IMG/VR virus record: IMGVR_UViG_3300027702_000001
Length of the DNA stretch: 64,000 bases
Direction: 5' to 3' (one strand)
Origin: a virus
Part shown: piece after piece, positions 26,084-35,385 of the stretch
Layout: each line of letters opens with the position of its first letter
Numbering within the stretch: position 1 is the first letter of the stretch
The notes under the pieces: generated by a model
Database searches by the model: none
Seen by the model: the letters and a program-made list of their open reading frames with translations, nothing else
Told to the model about the DNA's origin: nothing
Program-made: the position numbers and the translations under genes

Positions 26084-28003
26084 TTAACCTCCACCAGCAG
26101 CACCGCCGCCTCCACCAGCACCACCGCCACCTGCAGCAGCTTGGTTGTACTGATCTGGTAAGAAATCGTTCGCTTCATTCTCGAATCCATTCACTTGGAA
26201 TGATAAATCGGCACTTGATGCATAAACAACAATGTGTGAATTAGGTCCTACCACAATTCCACTATGTTTGTTAGTACCATTGGCACCTAAAGCATAATCA
26301 TAGTAAATGTAGTCTTCAGTTGCAAGGTCAGCAGGTTGTGTAACCGAACTGGCAGTGACTGTACTTCTGTCAGCACCCTGTTCAGGGGGTGTGTCAACGA
26401 AGGTGTCGGCATTTGCAAATGCTGCAGATCCAACTCCAAGAGCAACAGAAAGAACTGGAGCAGTCCAGTCTGTGACCCAACCATACTTACCACCAGTTAC
26501 AGTACCAACAGTAATTGTTGAAGTACCAACCAAGAATGTATCACCAGTTACCCAAGTTCCTGTCACGTCATAGAGAAGAATCTCTGTGTATTGTGGATCT
26601 TGAACAACAGTCAAACTAGCAGAATAAACTGTAGTACCTGCAGTTGAAGGAGCACCCTCAGCATAGTAATACAGTGGGTTTGGTGACTGTGCAGTAGGAA
26701 TAAGATCAATGATCCCGTCCGTTCCAGCAGTACCAGATTTCGTTACACCAGTTGTATATTCTGTACCTGCAACTGGAGTCGCTCCTGTACCCTCTTGTGT
26801 ATCAGAGAATCTAAGAGGAAGTGAAGTGTTTGTTGAGTCTGACTGATCAAATCTGTATGTTCTTTCCACATCCATAGAGAACGTAGAAGGAACAACTTCC
26901 TGACCTGAAACAGTACCCCAAACAAATCCTGTTGTGTAGATAGCACTTGAAGTTGCAGTGAACTGAGTGTCAACAGTAGCAGAAGAACTACCACCTGTAA
27001 CAGTCTCAGCAGAGTCAAACCAGTTGACCATTGCTTGACTACCCTGTGACATAGGTGTAACAGTTGCACCATCAGCGTGTGCAGCATCTGTAGTACCCCA
27101 CTGACCTCTGGTAACTGAAAGATCGTTACCAACTACACCAGTACAAAGCATAATCTCGTTGCCAACACGTAAGTATTGACCAGAGACGATTACAGTACCA
27201 TCAGTAACAGTCAACGTAGTGTCTGCTACTTGGAACTGTGCACCTTCGTTAATAGTTGTAGTGGTTCCTGCATCTTGGAAGAATGAAACCATCTGTCCTG
27301 ATCTGTGTGCAGCAGCAGAGGTACCGAACTGTGCTCTTGTGACAGTTACGTTAGCACCACCAGTTGTGCCACTGTAGAATGTAGGAGTACCAACCAAGAT
27401 AACCTCAGCAGTATATCCTGTAATTCCATCAGATAGTACGAAATATGAACTACCAACAGATGCAGTACCATCACTCATCTTGAGTGTTGTTGCACCTGAA
27501 GCAATGTCTGCAATCTCAATATTCATCGTGGTCCCGATACCACGGAATGTTGCAGATACACCTGAAGTACCACCAGTTACAGTTTCACCGCCCTGAAATG
27601 TTCCTGAGATACCAGTTGCATCAATACCAATAGAAGTATATGTCTTAACCTTCACATAGTTCGTGATAACACTAGTATCAACCACAACGTCCAAGATCGA
27701 TGCTGTTTTAGCAAAGTCAGCAGAACTGATCTGTAAACCAGGGGTTGCATCGGATCTTGAAATCCCAGGTGCTACTCCTAGTTTATATGATGAAACTGGG
27801 TTACCTCTATTAAACTTGTAACTACTCGCGTCTAGAGTAAGTTTCTGAGTGTAATCTTTAAGACCAACTCGATAAGTCGCAGCGGATCCACCTCTTTCCG
27901 TTGCTAGTAATACGGTGGATGCTGTATTCAACTGACTAGTCGAGTACAGCACAGTATTTGTTGTTGCTGCAGGGGCGGATGCAGCGAGTCTACCTGCGCT
28001 CAT
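26084..28003 (-). CDS. Virion structural protein (Thr/Gly-rich)
   Basis: Repeated VTR(A/G)QxGTxxAAH modules; YRFDQSDSTN...PLRFS. Confidence 0.7.
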   Translation of the reverse strand: MSAGRLAASAPAATTNTVLYSTSQLNTASTVLLATERGGSAATYRVGLKDYTQKLTLDASSYKFNRGNPVSSYKLGVAPGISRSDATPGLQISSADFAKTASILDVVVDTSVITNYVKVKTYTSIGIDATGISGTFQGGETVTGGTSGVSATFRGIGTTMNIEIADIASGATTLKMSDGTASVGSSYFVLSDGITGYTAEVILVGTPTFYSGTTGGANVTVTRAQFGTSAAAHRSGQMVSFFQDAGTTTTINEGAQFQVADTTLTVTDGTVIVSGQYLRVGNEIMLCTGVVGNDLSVTRGQWGTTDAAHADGATVTPMSQGSQAMVNWFDSAETVTGGSSSATVDTQFTATSSAIYTTGFVWGTVSGQEVVPSTFSMDVERTYRFDQSDSTNTSLPLRFSDTQEGTGATPVAGTEYTTGVTKSGTAGTDGIIDLIPTAQSPNPLYYYAEGAPSTAGTTVYSASLTVVQDPQYTEILLYDVTGTWVTGDTFLVGTSTITVGTVTGGKYGWVTDWTAPVLSVALGVGSAAFANADTFVDTPPEQGADRSTVTASSVTQPADLATEDYIYYDYALGANGTNKHSGIVVGPNSHIVVYASSADLSFQVNGFENEANDFLPDQYNQAAAGGGGAGGGGGAAGGG

Positions 28004-28006
28004 TTT

Positions 28007-29332
28007 TTAGAAACCTGAGAAAAAGTGTTGTTGTAATCTTAGTCTGCCACCAAGATCAGGAGCAGAAATTGAACCACCGAAACTAACACCAAGTGTCGTA
28101 ACGTTTTCGGTTGAAAGTAACGTTGCATCAGCATTCGGGAATCTGATAGAACGTGTTCCTTCTACATTATCTAGCACAAAATTGATCTTGTTCTGATCGT
28201 TGTCTCCACTGATTAGTTGAAGACCCACCACAGATTTGTTCTCCATAACCTGTTGTGCTTTCTCAGTAACAACAATGTTGTTAGATGAGATAGGAACATT
28301 CAGATTATTATGTGGGAACGCATAACGTAAAAGAGTTGTTCCAGAAATAGCAGATAGATCGAACTGAATACGTTTAGTAACGTCAGTTGCGTCTGCAAAT
28401 CTAGGATCAGCGTATTCTTTGTTTTTGAATACCTGAGTTGATTCAGTACCTGCAACTGTAAGTGACTGGTCAGGGAAAGTAACAATACGATTAGAAGTTA
28501 CATCACCAGATTGGAATGTGACTTGTGGTGTCGGATTATTAGGATCACCAGACTCAATATTACTAATTGAGGGGTTGATGAAGTTTTTGTTACTGACGTT
28601 CTGTTCAGTAACAGTATCAAGAAGTGTTGACTGTGCAACACCTGCACCATAATCAGGAAGTCTGTAGATATGAGTTCCAGGGGATTCCCAAGAGTCACAC
28701 TCAAATAGCGCGATCTTACTAGTGTCCGATGAACCAGTAACTCTCAAGTCACCATCTTTGATGATGATCGTCTTGTTACTGATAGTCTGTGCTGTATCGT
28801 TACCTAGAAGAGTTGTTGATGTAAAACTACCTGTGCTTGGAAGTGCGAAGGTACGAATACCTGCACCAGTTGAAACACCAGAGATTTCAAATTTTGCTTT
28901 CTTATCTGGGTTCTGGTCATCTGCAATAAGCAGGTTGACGTCTTGGAACTCAGCAGGTCCATTCACTAGGAATCTACCAGATCCCTGTGGACGCATATCG
29001 ATATTAACGTTGGAAGATGTAGTATCTCCAGCGATCATTCGAATCGTAGCAGAACCGTCAGCGTTTGGTTGCTTTCTATAGTACATACTTGATGTACCAA
29101 AAGCAATACCAATCTCATTATATGAATTCTGATATAGTCCTGTGTCCCTGTCCAAATCGAACGCAAGTCCAGGTTGGGACTGACTTCCTGCGGATACACC
29201 TTTGAAAAGTTGATTTATTTTTGCTTTTCTATTCGGTATCAGCGGGTCAGAAATCACAACGGGAAGAATCGCTTCCCCCGTCAAAACGGCATCTGCCAGA
29301 GTTTCTAATTGTGAAATTCTTTTTGTTCCCAC
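28007..29332 (-). CDS. Virion structural protein with internal repeats
   Basis: MGTKRISQL start; repeated QTISNK/TKRIQF/R-x-x-x-FP units. Confidence 0.7.
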   Translation of the reverse strand: MGTKRISQLETLADAVLTGEAILPVVISDPLIPNRKAKINQLFKGVSAGSQSQPGLAFDLDRDTGLYQNSYNEIGIAFGTSSMYYRKQPNADGSATIRMIAGDTTSSNVNIDMRPQGSGRFLVNGPAEFQDVNLLIADDQNPDKKAKFEISGVSTGAGIRTFALPSTGSFTSTTLLGNDTAQTISNKTIIIKDGDLRVTGSSDTSKIALFECDSWESPGTHIYRLPDYGAGVAQSTLLDTVTEQNVSNKNFINPSISNIESGDPNNPTPQVTFQSGDVTSNRIVTFPDQSLTVAGTESTQVFKNKEYADPRFADATDVTKRIQFDLSAISGTTLLRYAFPHNNLNVPISSNNIVVTEKAQQVMENKSVVGLQLISGDNDQNKINFVLDNVEGTRSIRFPNADATLLSTENVTTLGVSFGGSISAPDLGGRLRLQQHFFSGF

Positions 29333-29360
29333 TTAACTCAGGCGCTATTTTATACAATCT

Positions 29361-29368
29361 TATTTATA
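29361..29368 (-). promoter_or_regulatory. T4-type late promoter
   Basis: TATAAATA upstream of 29332. Confidence 0.75.
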
Positions 29369-29603
29369 CACGTTGCAGGTAGAGGTCTTGAAGTGTCTCC
29401 TTCAGACTACCAATATGCTTGGATCCGATGGAAATTTGAGGGTATGATGCACCCTCTCCAAATTCATTTTCAAACGATCTTTGAGTAAAATGTTCATTGA
29501 GTCTATAAGTTTGAAATTCAAAATCTTGAGATTCAAGGAACTGTTGTGCTCTCTCACACTCTTGTGAACCATTGCTATACAAAACTGCGTTTGGATGACT
29601 CAT
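29364..29603 (-). CDS. Glutaredoxin-like protein (monothiol)
   Basis: SQEC...YPQISIGSKHIGSL glutaredoxin motif. Confidence 0.8.
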   Translation of the reverse strand: MSHPNAVLYSNGSQECERAQQFLESQDFEFQTYRLNEHFTQRSFENEFGEGASYPQISIGSKHIGSLKETLQDLYLQRV

Positions 29604-29634
29604 CTGCCGCCTTTTAAGATATTACTATTTACCC

Positions 29635-29922
29635 TTACAAACCATTCCAGAATGTATCTGATGGTGATTGCATATTTCTTGAAACAATAAACAAAATTAC
29701 ATTACAAGCGAACCACATTAGATTGGTTACCCACGCTTGTCTCCAACAATATTTCCTGTTGGTTTGTACGATATACATATTTCTCTCATTCATTGTTGCG
29801 TCAACAGTTAAAGGTCTGAACTTTAAAATCTGTTCGATTATCAATGAGATAACGAATCCTACTGCAAAGATGTAGAAGAATAAGTTCAGTACACCTGCTG
29901 CGGTGAATAGAAGTGATAGCAT
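29635..29922 (-). CDS. Conserved membrane protein
   Basis: Two hydrophobic segments; NRKYCWRQAW. Confidence 0.7.
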   Translation of the reverse strand: MLSLLFTAAGVLNLFFYIFAVGFVISLIIEQILKFRPLTVDATMNERNMYIVQTNRKYCWRQAWVTNLMWFACNVILFIVSRNMQSPSDTFWNGL

Positions 29923-30155
29923 TAGTTGTGTGGTTTGTGGTCTTTGAATTTATCGTGGTTACCGTCCCCAGGCATTTTGCCAAAGGCAACGTATTCAATT
30001 GCTTGAAGAGAACCTTCTAATCTTTTCAGATCATTCTCATTCTTGACATACTCATCATACCATCCTTGTAGTTCATCTTGTCTGGCATTGAGTTGAGCAG
30101 TTCGTTTTGCGAAACGCTGAATGAGTTGGTTGTAGTTTTCAGTTTTTTTAGTCAC
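29922..30155 (-). CDS. Coiled-coil hypothetical protein (GTG start revised)
   Basis: GGAG RBS before GTG at 30155. Confidence 0.6.
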   Translation of the reverse strand: MTKKTENYNQLIQRFAKRTAQLNARQDELQGWYDEYVKNENDLKRLEGSLQAIEYVAFGKMPGDGNHDKFKDHKPHN

Positions 30156-30459
30156 GTTGTCTCCAATCGTCAGGTTTATCGTGATGAAACCAATCATTGA
30201 TGTCATCGGCACTGTCGAACCCTGTTCTTGTATCAGATGGGTCGGGTTCGCCTAATCCCATCCTATTCAGAAAATCATCGGTACTGCCTTCTTCGATCCC
30301 TTTGGATGCTCGTCTTGCTTGACGCATCCATTCTCGGGCAGTTGTGTGACTCTTTGATAATTTCTCTGCCCAGATCATATCTGAGATTGATACTTCTTCG
30401 CCTTTAGAGATTTTCTTACAGATCGCCTCAAGTCGAAGTCGGTAAGCAGTAGAGAGCAT
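30148..30459 (-). CDS. Conserved cyanophage hypothetical protein
   Basis: MLSTAYRLRLEAIC...WRQRD family signature. Confidence 0.8.
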   Translation of the reverse strand: MLSTAYRLRLEAICKKISKGEEVSISDMIWAEKLSKSHTTAREWMRQARRASKGIEEGSTDDFLNRMGLGEPDPSDTRTGFDSADDINDWFHHDKPDDWRQRD

Positions 30460-30477
30460 TGTTTACGAGCGTTTTGA

Positions 30478-30678
30478 TTATTTAGAACCAAGTATCTCTT
30501 TTAAGGCATCAACCTTCTGGAATTCAGCGTACGCTGACTCTGATCGATCCGAAAGGATACCAAGGATGTCTGCCAGAATGTCATCGTTATCAACGTCATC
30601 GTTGATGTAGGAGTCTAACGCTTCCTGTAAGTAGCGTCTCCTGTTCCATTCTGGGGAATAGGGTTTGTAGTGTGGCAT
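30478..30678 (-). CDS. Conserved hypothetical protein
   Basis: YKPYSPEWNRRRYL. Confidence 0.7.
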   Translation of the reverse strand: MPHYKPYSPEWNRRRYLQEALDSYINDDVDNDDILADILGILSDRSESAYAEFQKVDALKEILGSK

Positions 30679-30680
30679 TA

Positions 30681-30938
30681 TTAAAATGGCAATTCCTCTT
30701 CACATCTTACCACATCTGTCAACTCAAAGACAATAGGGTGGCAAGATTCCATAATGAGGTATTGGGAGTGCCTATAAAGTTCCTCCATAGTATAGCACAT
30801 TTTTTCAGAACATTCATCAATCAACTCAGGAGTTGGTCGATCAACTTCATCAAATGTAAAGGGGATACCATTAATGTACCACATCTTGACAATACCTTGT
30901 CCGTGGATAAGTCTAAAATCTGAATTTACCGTGTACAT
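30681..30938 (-). CDS. Conserved hypothetical protein
   Basis: VKMWYINGIPFTFDE. Confidence 0.7.
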   Translation of the reverse strand: MYTVNSDFRLIHGQGIVKMWYINGIPFTFDEVDRPTPELIDECSEKMCYTMEELYRHSQYLIMESCHPIVFELTDVVRCEEELPF

Positions 30939-31360
30939 TTTACAAACTCAAAAGGTCCTTTTTCTGATCCCCATAGGAGAGTTCCTGATTTGTCCCAACC
31001 TTTGTCAGACGTTTCCCAAGAGTCTTTAGTAAGTCTTGCCTTGGTTTCAACTCTCCTACCTTGTTCGTCAATCCTTTCAGATTTACCGACCCAAACACAA
31101 TCTTGGACTTCTGTGAACGTCATATCACTGACGTTGATTCCATCTTTGAAAGTTTGTAGGACAATTTGATCATTATCAACAACAATCTTATGTTCTCTCT
31201 GGCGATATACATCACCATTCCAGTCATACCATTGTTTAGTTTTCAATACGTCATCTTCATAGTACCACTCGTAATGTACATAAGCAAATGATGTCGGGTT
31301 GAGTTGACATTGCTTGATGTTATGCCAGTGGTGGACTAAGTGATCAAGAAACTTCTCCAT
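30926..31360 (-). CDS. cpeT: CpcT/CpeT-like phycobiliprotein lyase
   Basis: W-x-N-x-x-Q-x-x-x-x-P-x-x-F-x-x-V, then QWY..YR; GS-x-x-GPF C-terminus. Confidence 0.6.
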   Translation of the reverse strand: MEKFLDHLVHHWHNIKQCQLNPTSFAYVHYEWYYEDDVLKTKQWYDWNGDVYRQREHKIVVDNDQIVLQTFKDGINVSDMTFTEVQDCVWVGKSERIDEQGRRVETKARLTKDSWETSDKGWDKSGTLLWGSEKGPFEFVKCTR

Positions 31361-31364
31361 AGAT

Positions 31365-31802
31365 CTAATCTATATATTTTCTTTTGAAAATGAATGGTCC
31401 TGGGGTTTTACCCCACGTCATACCTTTGTCAATAGATGTAAATTCTTCAGCAGTTACAGTAACGTAAGAATATACGTCTTCACCTCTGCTGTTCTTAGCA
31501 TCCTGTTCGGTTCTGCCGCAATAACCACCCTCTCCTACTTTAGTGAAGAGCATACTAGGTTCTTGAGTGCCATCTTTGCGAAAGGTCTGCAACTCAAGAT
31601 GATTACCTTTATCCAAGAGTTTGTGATTACGCTCTCGGTACATCTCTCCATTCCAGTCATACCACTGTGCAGAATGAATCTCCCCCTCTTCTTCCCAGAA
31701 CTGATAGTGAACGTGGGAGAAATGAGAAGGAGAATTTTGTGCCTGTTGTTTGTTTTCCCAAGGGTGAAACAACAATGACTTTAACTCTTCAATCTGGGTC
31801 AC
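31365..31802 (-). CDS. cpeT: Second CpcT/CpeT-like lyase
   Basis: WENKQQAQNSPSHFSHV...QWYDWNGEMYR; paralogue of neighbour. Confidence 0.6.
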   Translation of the reverse strand: MTQIEELKSLLFHPWENKQQAQNSPSHFSHVHYQFWEEEGEIHSAQWYDWNGEMYRERNHKLLDKGNHLELQTFRKDGTQEPSMLFTKVGEGGYCGRTEQDAKNSRGEDVYSYVTVTAEEFTSIDKGMTWGKTPGPFIFKRKYID

Positions 31803-32059
31803 AGCATCTTATGAGCGGCAGCAGTCTCCTGTGCAACGTGTACACCGAGTTCGCCTTCGCTAGGTAGGTTGTCCAGATTAGGTAGTTCTTCTTCATTAAG
31901 AAGTGAATCTACTTCAGAACCAATATTACGTCCTGGGGCAACTTGTGTCATAACAACATTGCCTTTAGGTGCTTCGATGAGAACATTCTCACCGCGTTCA
32001 ACAAGTTTAAGCAAGAAATCGAAGTTTTCTTGTGCTTCTTCTACAGATACTCTAATCAT
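31799..32059 (-). CDS. Phd/YefM antitoxin-like protein
   Basis: VSVEEAQENFDFLLKLVERGENVLI matches Phd N-terminal pattern. Confidence 0.55.
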   Translation of the reverse strand: MIRVSVEEAQENFDFLLKLVERGENVLIEAPKGNVVMTQVAPGRNIGSEVDSLLNEEELPNLDNLPSEGELGVHVAQETAAAHKML

Positions 32060-32064
32060 TGTTT

Positions 32065-32214
32065 TTAGTGGTCGTGGTCATCAAATGGATCGTCAAGTCC
32101 CTCGTTATCGAAGAACCCTTTGTAGACACCATAGAGAACAAACATCACAACGATAACCATAATGGAGATCGGAAAGGTGATGTTTGGATCAGCGTTGTAG
32201 TGAGGGATCATCAT
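32065..32214 (-). CDS. psbN: PsbN-like photosystem assembly protein (49 aa)
   Basis: Manual translation MMIPHYNADPNITFPISIMVIVVMFVLYGVYKGFFDNEGLDDPFDDHDH; TM helix plus DPF(D/E)(D/E)H end. Confidence 0.75.
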   Translation of the reverse strand: MMIPHYNADPNITFPISIMVIVVMFVLYGVYKGFFDNEGLDDPFDDHDH

Positions 32215-32414
32215 AGCAAATAACAAATAGATTCGGTGTCAACTGCGCCTTGGACATTAGTTACGGATTCTCGGAATCCTTCTGCTCCTTCTTCGGTGAA
32301 CTGATACCGAATCTTTTCAATGTTTCCATCACTAACTTGTATGGACAGGGTGCGTTTCGGAAAATTGATCCAAACATAATCAACGTACAGGTGGTCTAGG
32401 TACTCGTCAGTCAT
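32211..32414 (-). CDS. Hypothetical protein (start revised)
   Basis: MTDEYLDH start with ATGA coupling. Confidence 0.65.
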   Translation of the reverse strand: MTDEYLDHLYVDYVWINFPKRTLSIQVSDGNIEKIRYQFTEEGAEGFRESVTNVQGAVDTESICYLL

Positions 32415-32566
32415 TTGTATGTAGGATAGCAATCGATAACTTGCAGACCATACATAGATGCTGCGGTTTGACGTGCCTCTTGTGCAGAGAACACTTCGTC
32501 AATTATAACACGTTTGATTGGACCGTTGGGTCTACGAAGAAGAACTTCGTACTTCCTTGCAGGCAT
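32411..32566 (-). CDS. 51-aa hypothetical protein
   Basis: Manual translation MPARKYEVLLRRPNGPIKRVII...EARQTAASMYG. Confidence 0.6.
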   Translation of the reverse strand: MPARKYEVLLRRPNGPIKRVIIDEVFSAQEARQTAASMYGLQVIDCYPTYK

Positions 32567-32596
32567 TGAATTCTTGTGACTGACCTTAGTATAGCA

Positions 32597-35053
32597 CTAA
32601 TTCAGCATAATGGGTAGTCCAACGAACTGTGCTAGACCACCTGTGCAACCTGCTGTGTAGACTCCAGTTCCAACTGTATATGCCATAGCACCGTTGTTGA
32701 CAGTGTTTAGGATGGCACCACCTGCTCCTGTAACGAATTCTCCGATACCACCTTTAGGTGTTTTAACCAGAGTCAAGTGACCACCACCTGTACCTGTAAC
32801 TAGATCCACCATACCCCCAGGTTGTCCTGTACACTCAGCAATACGAACGTGTGCAGCAGGGAGAGGTGATGTACCTGCTCCTGATCCACAGATAGTAAGG
32901 TCAAGACCTTTGATCATTGTGCATCTACCTGTCAATCCAGGGATTACATTAGTCATTCCGATGTTCTGGAAAATGACATTGTTAATAAACTCAGACTTCC
33001 ACGCTGCTTCATTGATGATCTCACCAGAAACAGTGTTCATTAATGTTGTACACTTATTATTAATTGCTGAAGCGTTGAAACTCAACTCATTGTGAGCATT
33101 CAATTTGATATTTGCTGCTTGAATCTGATAATCACCCTCATAAGCAACGTTATAATCTGATGAATATGTTTGTGCTGCTTTGGATTGCTTTGCACCTGAT
33201 GCAGGTTCACCCGTCTTTGGATCTGTCTCAACATTTTGTGAGAGGTGAGTATTGAATGCTCCACCAACCTCAAGGTTGAAATCACCCATAACTTTGAGGT
33301 TAAGATCACCCTCAACAGTCAGAGTTTTATTCTTCTTGACAGTCTTGCAATCATCTCTACCAATGATCTTTGTATCATTTCCAGGGACGTTTGTATGTTG
33401 GTCACCCAACACGGTGGCGATCACAGTCTGACCACCTGCGTGCTGAACAATAGTTTTCTCTTTTCCTGGGGTGTTGTCTTGAATAGTTTTTGCACCGTTC
33501 AAGAATGATTCTGCTTGTGTAGCATATACATCAAGATTCGTGAAAAGATTACTGAGGTAACTTCCCTTCTTCTTATTGTTTTTTCCACCACCAGTATAAA
33601 CAGTTACCTCTTCTTCTAAGAAGTCTGGAACACTAGCACACGTCGTTGTACCCAACAAGGGCATCCAGAATTTAATTTTCGGTCGTTTAATCTTCCTCCC
33701 GCAATCTCTGTTTCCAAACAGTGCTGCAAGGATACCAAGAATGATTGAAACAAGTGATTGGAAGTTTAACTTAGAGAAATCAAATTCAAAAAGAGTATCT
33801 AGTGTACCTTTAATTTTACGAGCAACACCAGTTGCATTCTTTGCCATAGCAAGTGCTGATGTGATCTTATTAGCAACTCCAGAAACTTTACCAATAGCAC
33901 CTTGAACCTTACCAATAACTGCGTTAACTGTATCAGTAACTTTATCAGCAAAACCACCGACAACTTTAGTAACTACCTTGCCTGCAATATCATTGGCGAA
34001 TCCACTAATATCTCCAAGTGCACTCTGAAGTCCTTTGATAATATAATTTGCTTCGAAGTTACAGAACAAGTTGGTAATGAAGTCTGCAAGTTTTAGGATT
34101 GAAGAGATAACTCCTGTAGGGACAACATTACTAATAGCAGACATAATCTTATCCATAATTGCCTCGATGCCTTTTGCAAGCATCTGTTTCAAGGAACTTA
34201 GGATACCAGTCATAGCAGAAGAAACATAGTTCTTGATGCCTGTCATCGATTCATTCATCACATCGTTGAAAACCTTCTTACCAGTAATCAATGAAGTGAG
34301 ATTACCATCTAAGTCAGTCGCGAGTGTGCCGCTAAGATTGCCGAACTCTGTCAGCATTCTTTGTAGGTCTTTTTCAAAACCGTCCCCACTTGGACCGACC
34401 GCTCCATCAGCAACACCTTGTGCTTCTGCAGGAACCTTAGTAGGGTTTGTGTATGGATTTCCAGGTAGTTGTTGCTCTAGGATTGAAAGCAATCCTCTAG
34501 ACTTTTCTTCACCACCACCCTCGTCACCAACCTGTTGACTTGGATCTACGTTAAATGAAGTACCTTGGTGTGAAACTTGTCCTTTTACATCTTTTGATGC
34601 AGGTGGCATTGAATCATCGTCAAGTGCCTCATCATTAGATGCAATAGTAGTTGCACTGATCTTCTCATCTGACGTAGGTGTAGTATCTCCCGTTTTGGGA
34701 TCACTCATACCACGGAATCCACGAAGGGATCCCATCACAACAGGAAGTTGTGCTTCTTCACCATCTAAAAAGAAACCTAGAACCTGTGCACCAACCTGCA
34801 GTTCAGTCTTAGTACCAGTATTCTTGATACCTGCCTGATCTGTAGGAAGCATAACAACTGCCCACGGTAAATCTGCAGTAGGGACTTTATCAAGATACGA
34901 TTCACCGCCAGCACCAGTGTACCAACCGACAATACGCACTTTGACCCTACCGATCATCTGAGGATCTTTAATAGACTCGACTTCTCCGATCCACCAAGTG
35001 AACCCGTCGCGTCCCATTACATCAGATTTTCCGATAGCAGCAGTTAAACTCAC
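32597..35053 (-). CDS. gp5: Baseplate hub/needle gp5-like protein
   Basis: GRDGFTWWIGEVE...DP..IGRVKVRIVG...DLPWA...GFFLDG gp5 OB-fold; C-terminal beta-strand repeats. Confidence 0.85.
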   Translation of the reverse strand: MSLTAAIGKSDVMGRDGFTWWIGEVESIKDPQMIGRVKVRIVGWYTGAGGESYLDKVPTADLPWAVVMLPTDQAGIKNTGTKTELQVGAQVLGFFLDGEEAQLPVVMGSLRGFRGMSDPKTGDTTPTSDEKISATTIASNDEALDDDSMPPASKDVKGQVSHQGTSFNVDPSQQVGDEGGGEEKSRGLLSILEQQLPGNPYTNPTKVPAEAQGVADGAVGPSGDGFEKDLQRMLTEFGNLSGTLATDLDGNLTSLITGKKVFNDVMNESMTGIKNYVSSAMTGILSSLKQMLAKGIEAIMDKIMSAISNVVPTGVISSILKLADFITNLFCNFEANYIIKGLQSALGDISGFANDIAGKVVTKVVGGFADKVTDTVNAVIGKVQGAIGKVSGVANKITSALAMAKNATGVARKIKGTLDTLFEFDFSKLNFQSLVSIILGILAALFGNRDCGRKIKRPKIKFWMPLLGTTTCASVPDFLEEEVTVYTGGGKNNKKKGSYLSNLFTNLDVYATQAESFLNGAKTIQDNTPGKEKTIVQHAGGQTVIATVLGDQHTNVPGNDTKIIGRDDCKTVKKNKTLTVEGDLNLKVMGDFNLEVGGAFNTHLSQNVETDPKTGEPASGAKQSKAAQTYSSDYNVAYEGDYQIQAANIKLNAHNELSFNASAINNKCTTLMNTVSGEIINEAAWKSEFINNVIFQNIGMTNVIPGLTGRCTMIKGLDLTICGSGAGTSPLPAAHVRIAECTGQPGGMVDLVTGTGGGHLTLVKTPKGGIGEFVTGAGGAILNTVNNGAMAYTVGTGVYTAGCTGGLAQFVGLPIMLN

Positions 35054-35071
35054 AGCGATATATAGTTTTTA

Positions 35072-35230
35072 TTATTTAGCAAGTGACTCAACATAGTTAT
35101 TAAAACTCTCTGACATACGGTGATAACCGCTGCCAATATAAATTTGTCCTGCCACAACAGCAACAGTACAGAGTCCCCAAAAGATGTAGTAAGGTGATGA
35201 TTTCACTTGATGAAAATGCTTTTTCTTCAT
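35072..35230 (-). CDS. 52-aa membrane protein
   Basis: Manual translation MKKKHFHQVKSSPYYIFWGLCTVAVVAGQIYIGSGY... Confidence 0.65.
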   Translation of the reverse strand: MKKKHFHQVKSSPYYIFWGLCTVAVVAGQIYIGSGYHRMSESFNNYVESLAK

Positions 35231-35385
35231 TGACGTGGATAATAAACTTCAACAAATGAGTTGCACTTAGGACAACTCAGATTAGTAACCATAGAATACT
35301 CCGACGAGGTGACTGGATAGTCTTCTTCATCGAGACTATGGTCACCTCCCCAGATTAACTCAGTTTGGCAATGCCAACAATTCAT
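35227..35385 (-). CDS. Small zinc-ribbon protein (start revised)
   Basis: MNCWHCQTELIWGGD...NLSCPKC. Confidence 0.7.
   Translation of the reverse strand: MNCWHCQTELIWGGDHSLDEEDYPVTSSEYSMVTNLSCPKCNSFVEVYYPRQ

Noticed and set aside
25567-26244. Long plus-strand ORFs antisense to structural genes (also 42396..42923, 39117..39959, 38328..38702, 16053..16649)
   Set aside because: Shadow ORFs of well-supported minus-strand genes; no RBS, promoter or motifs
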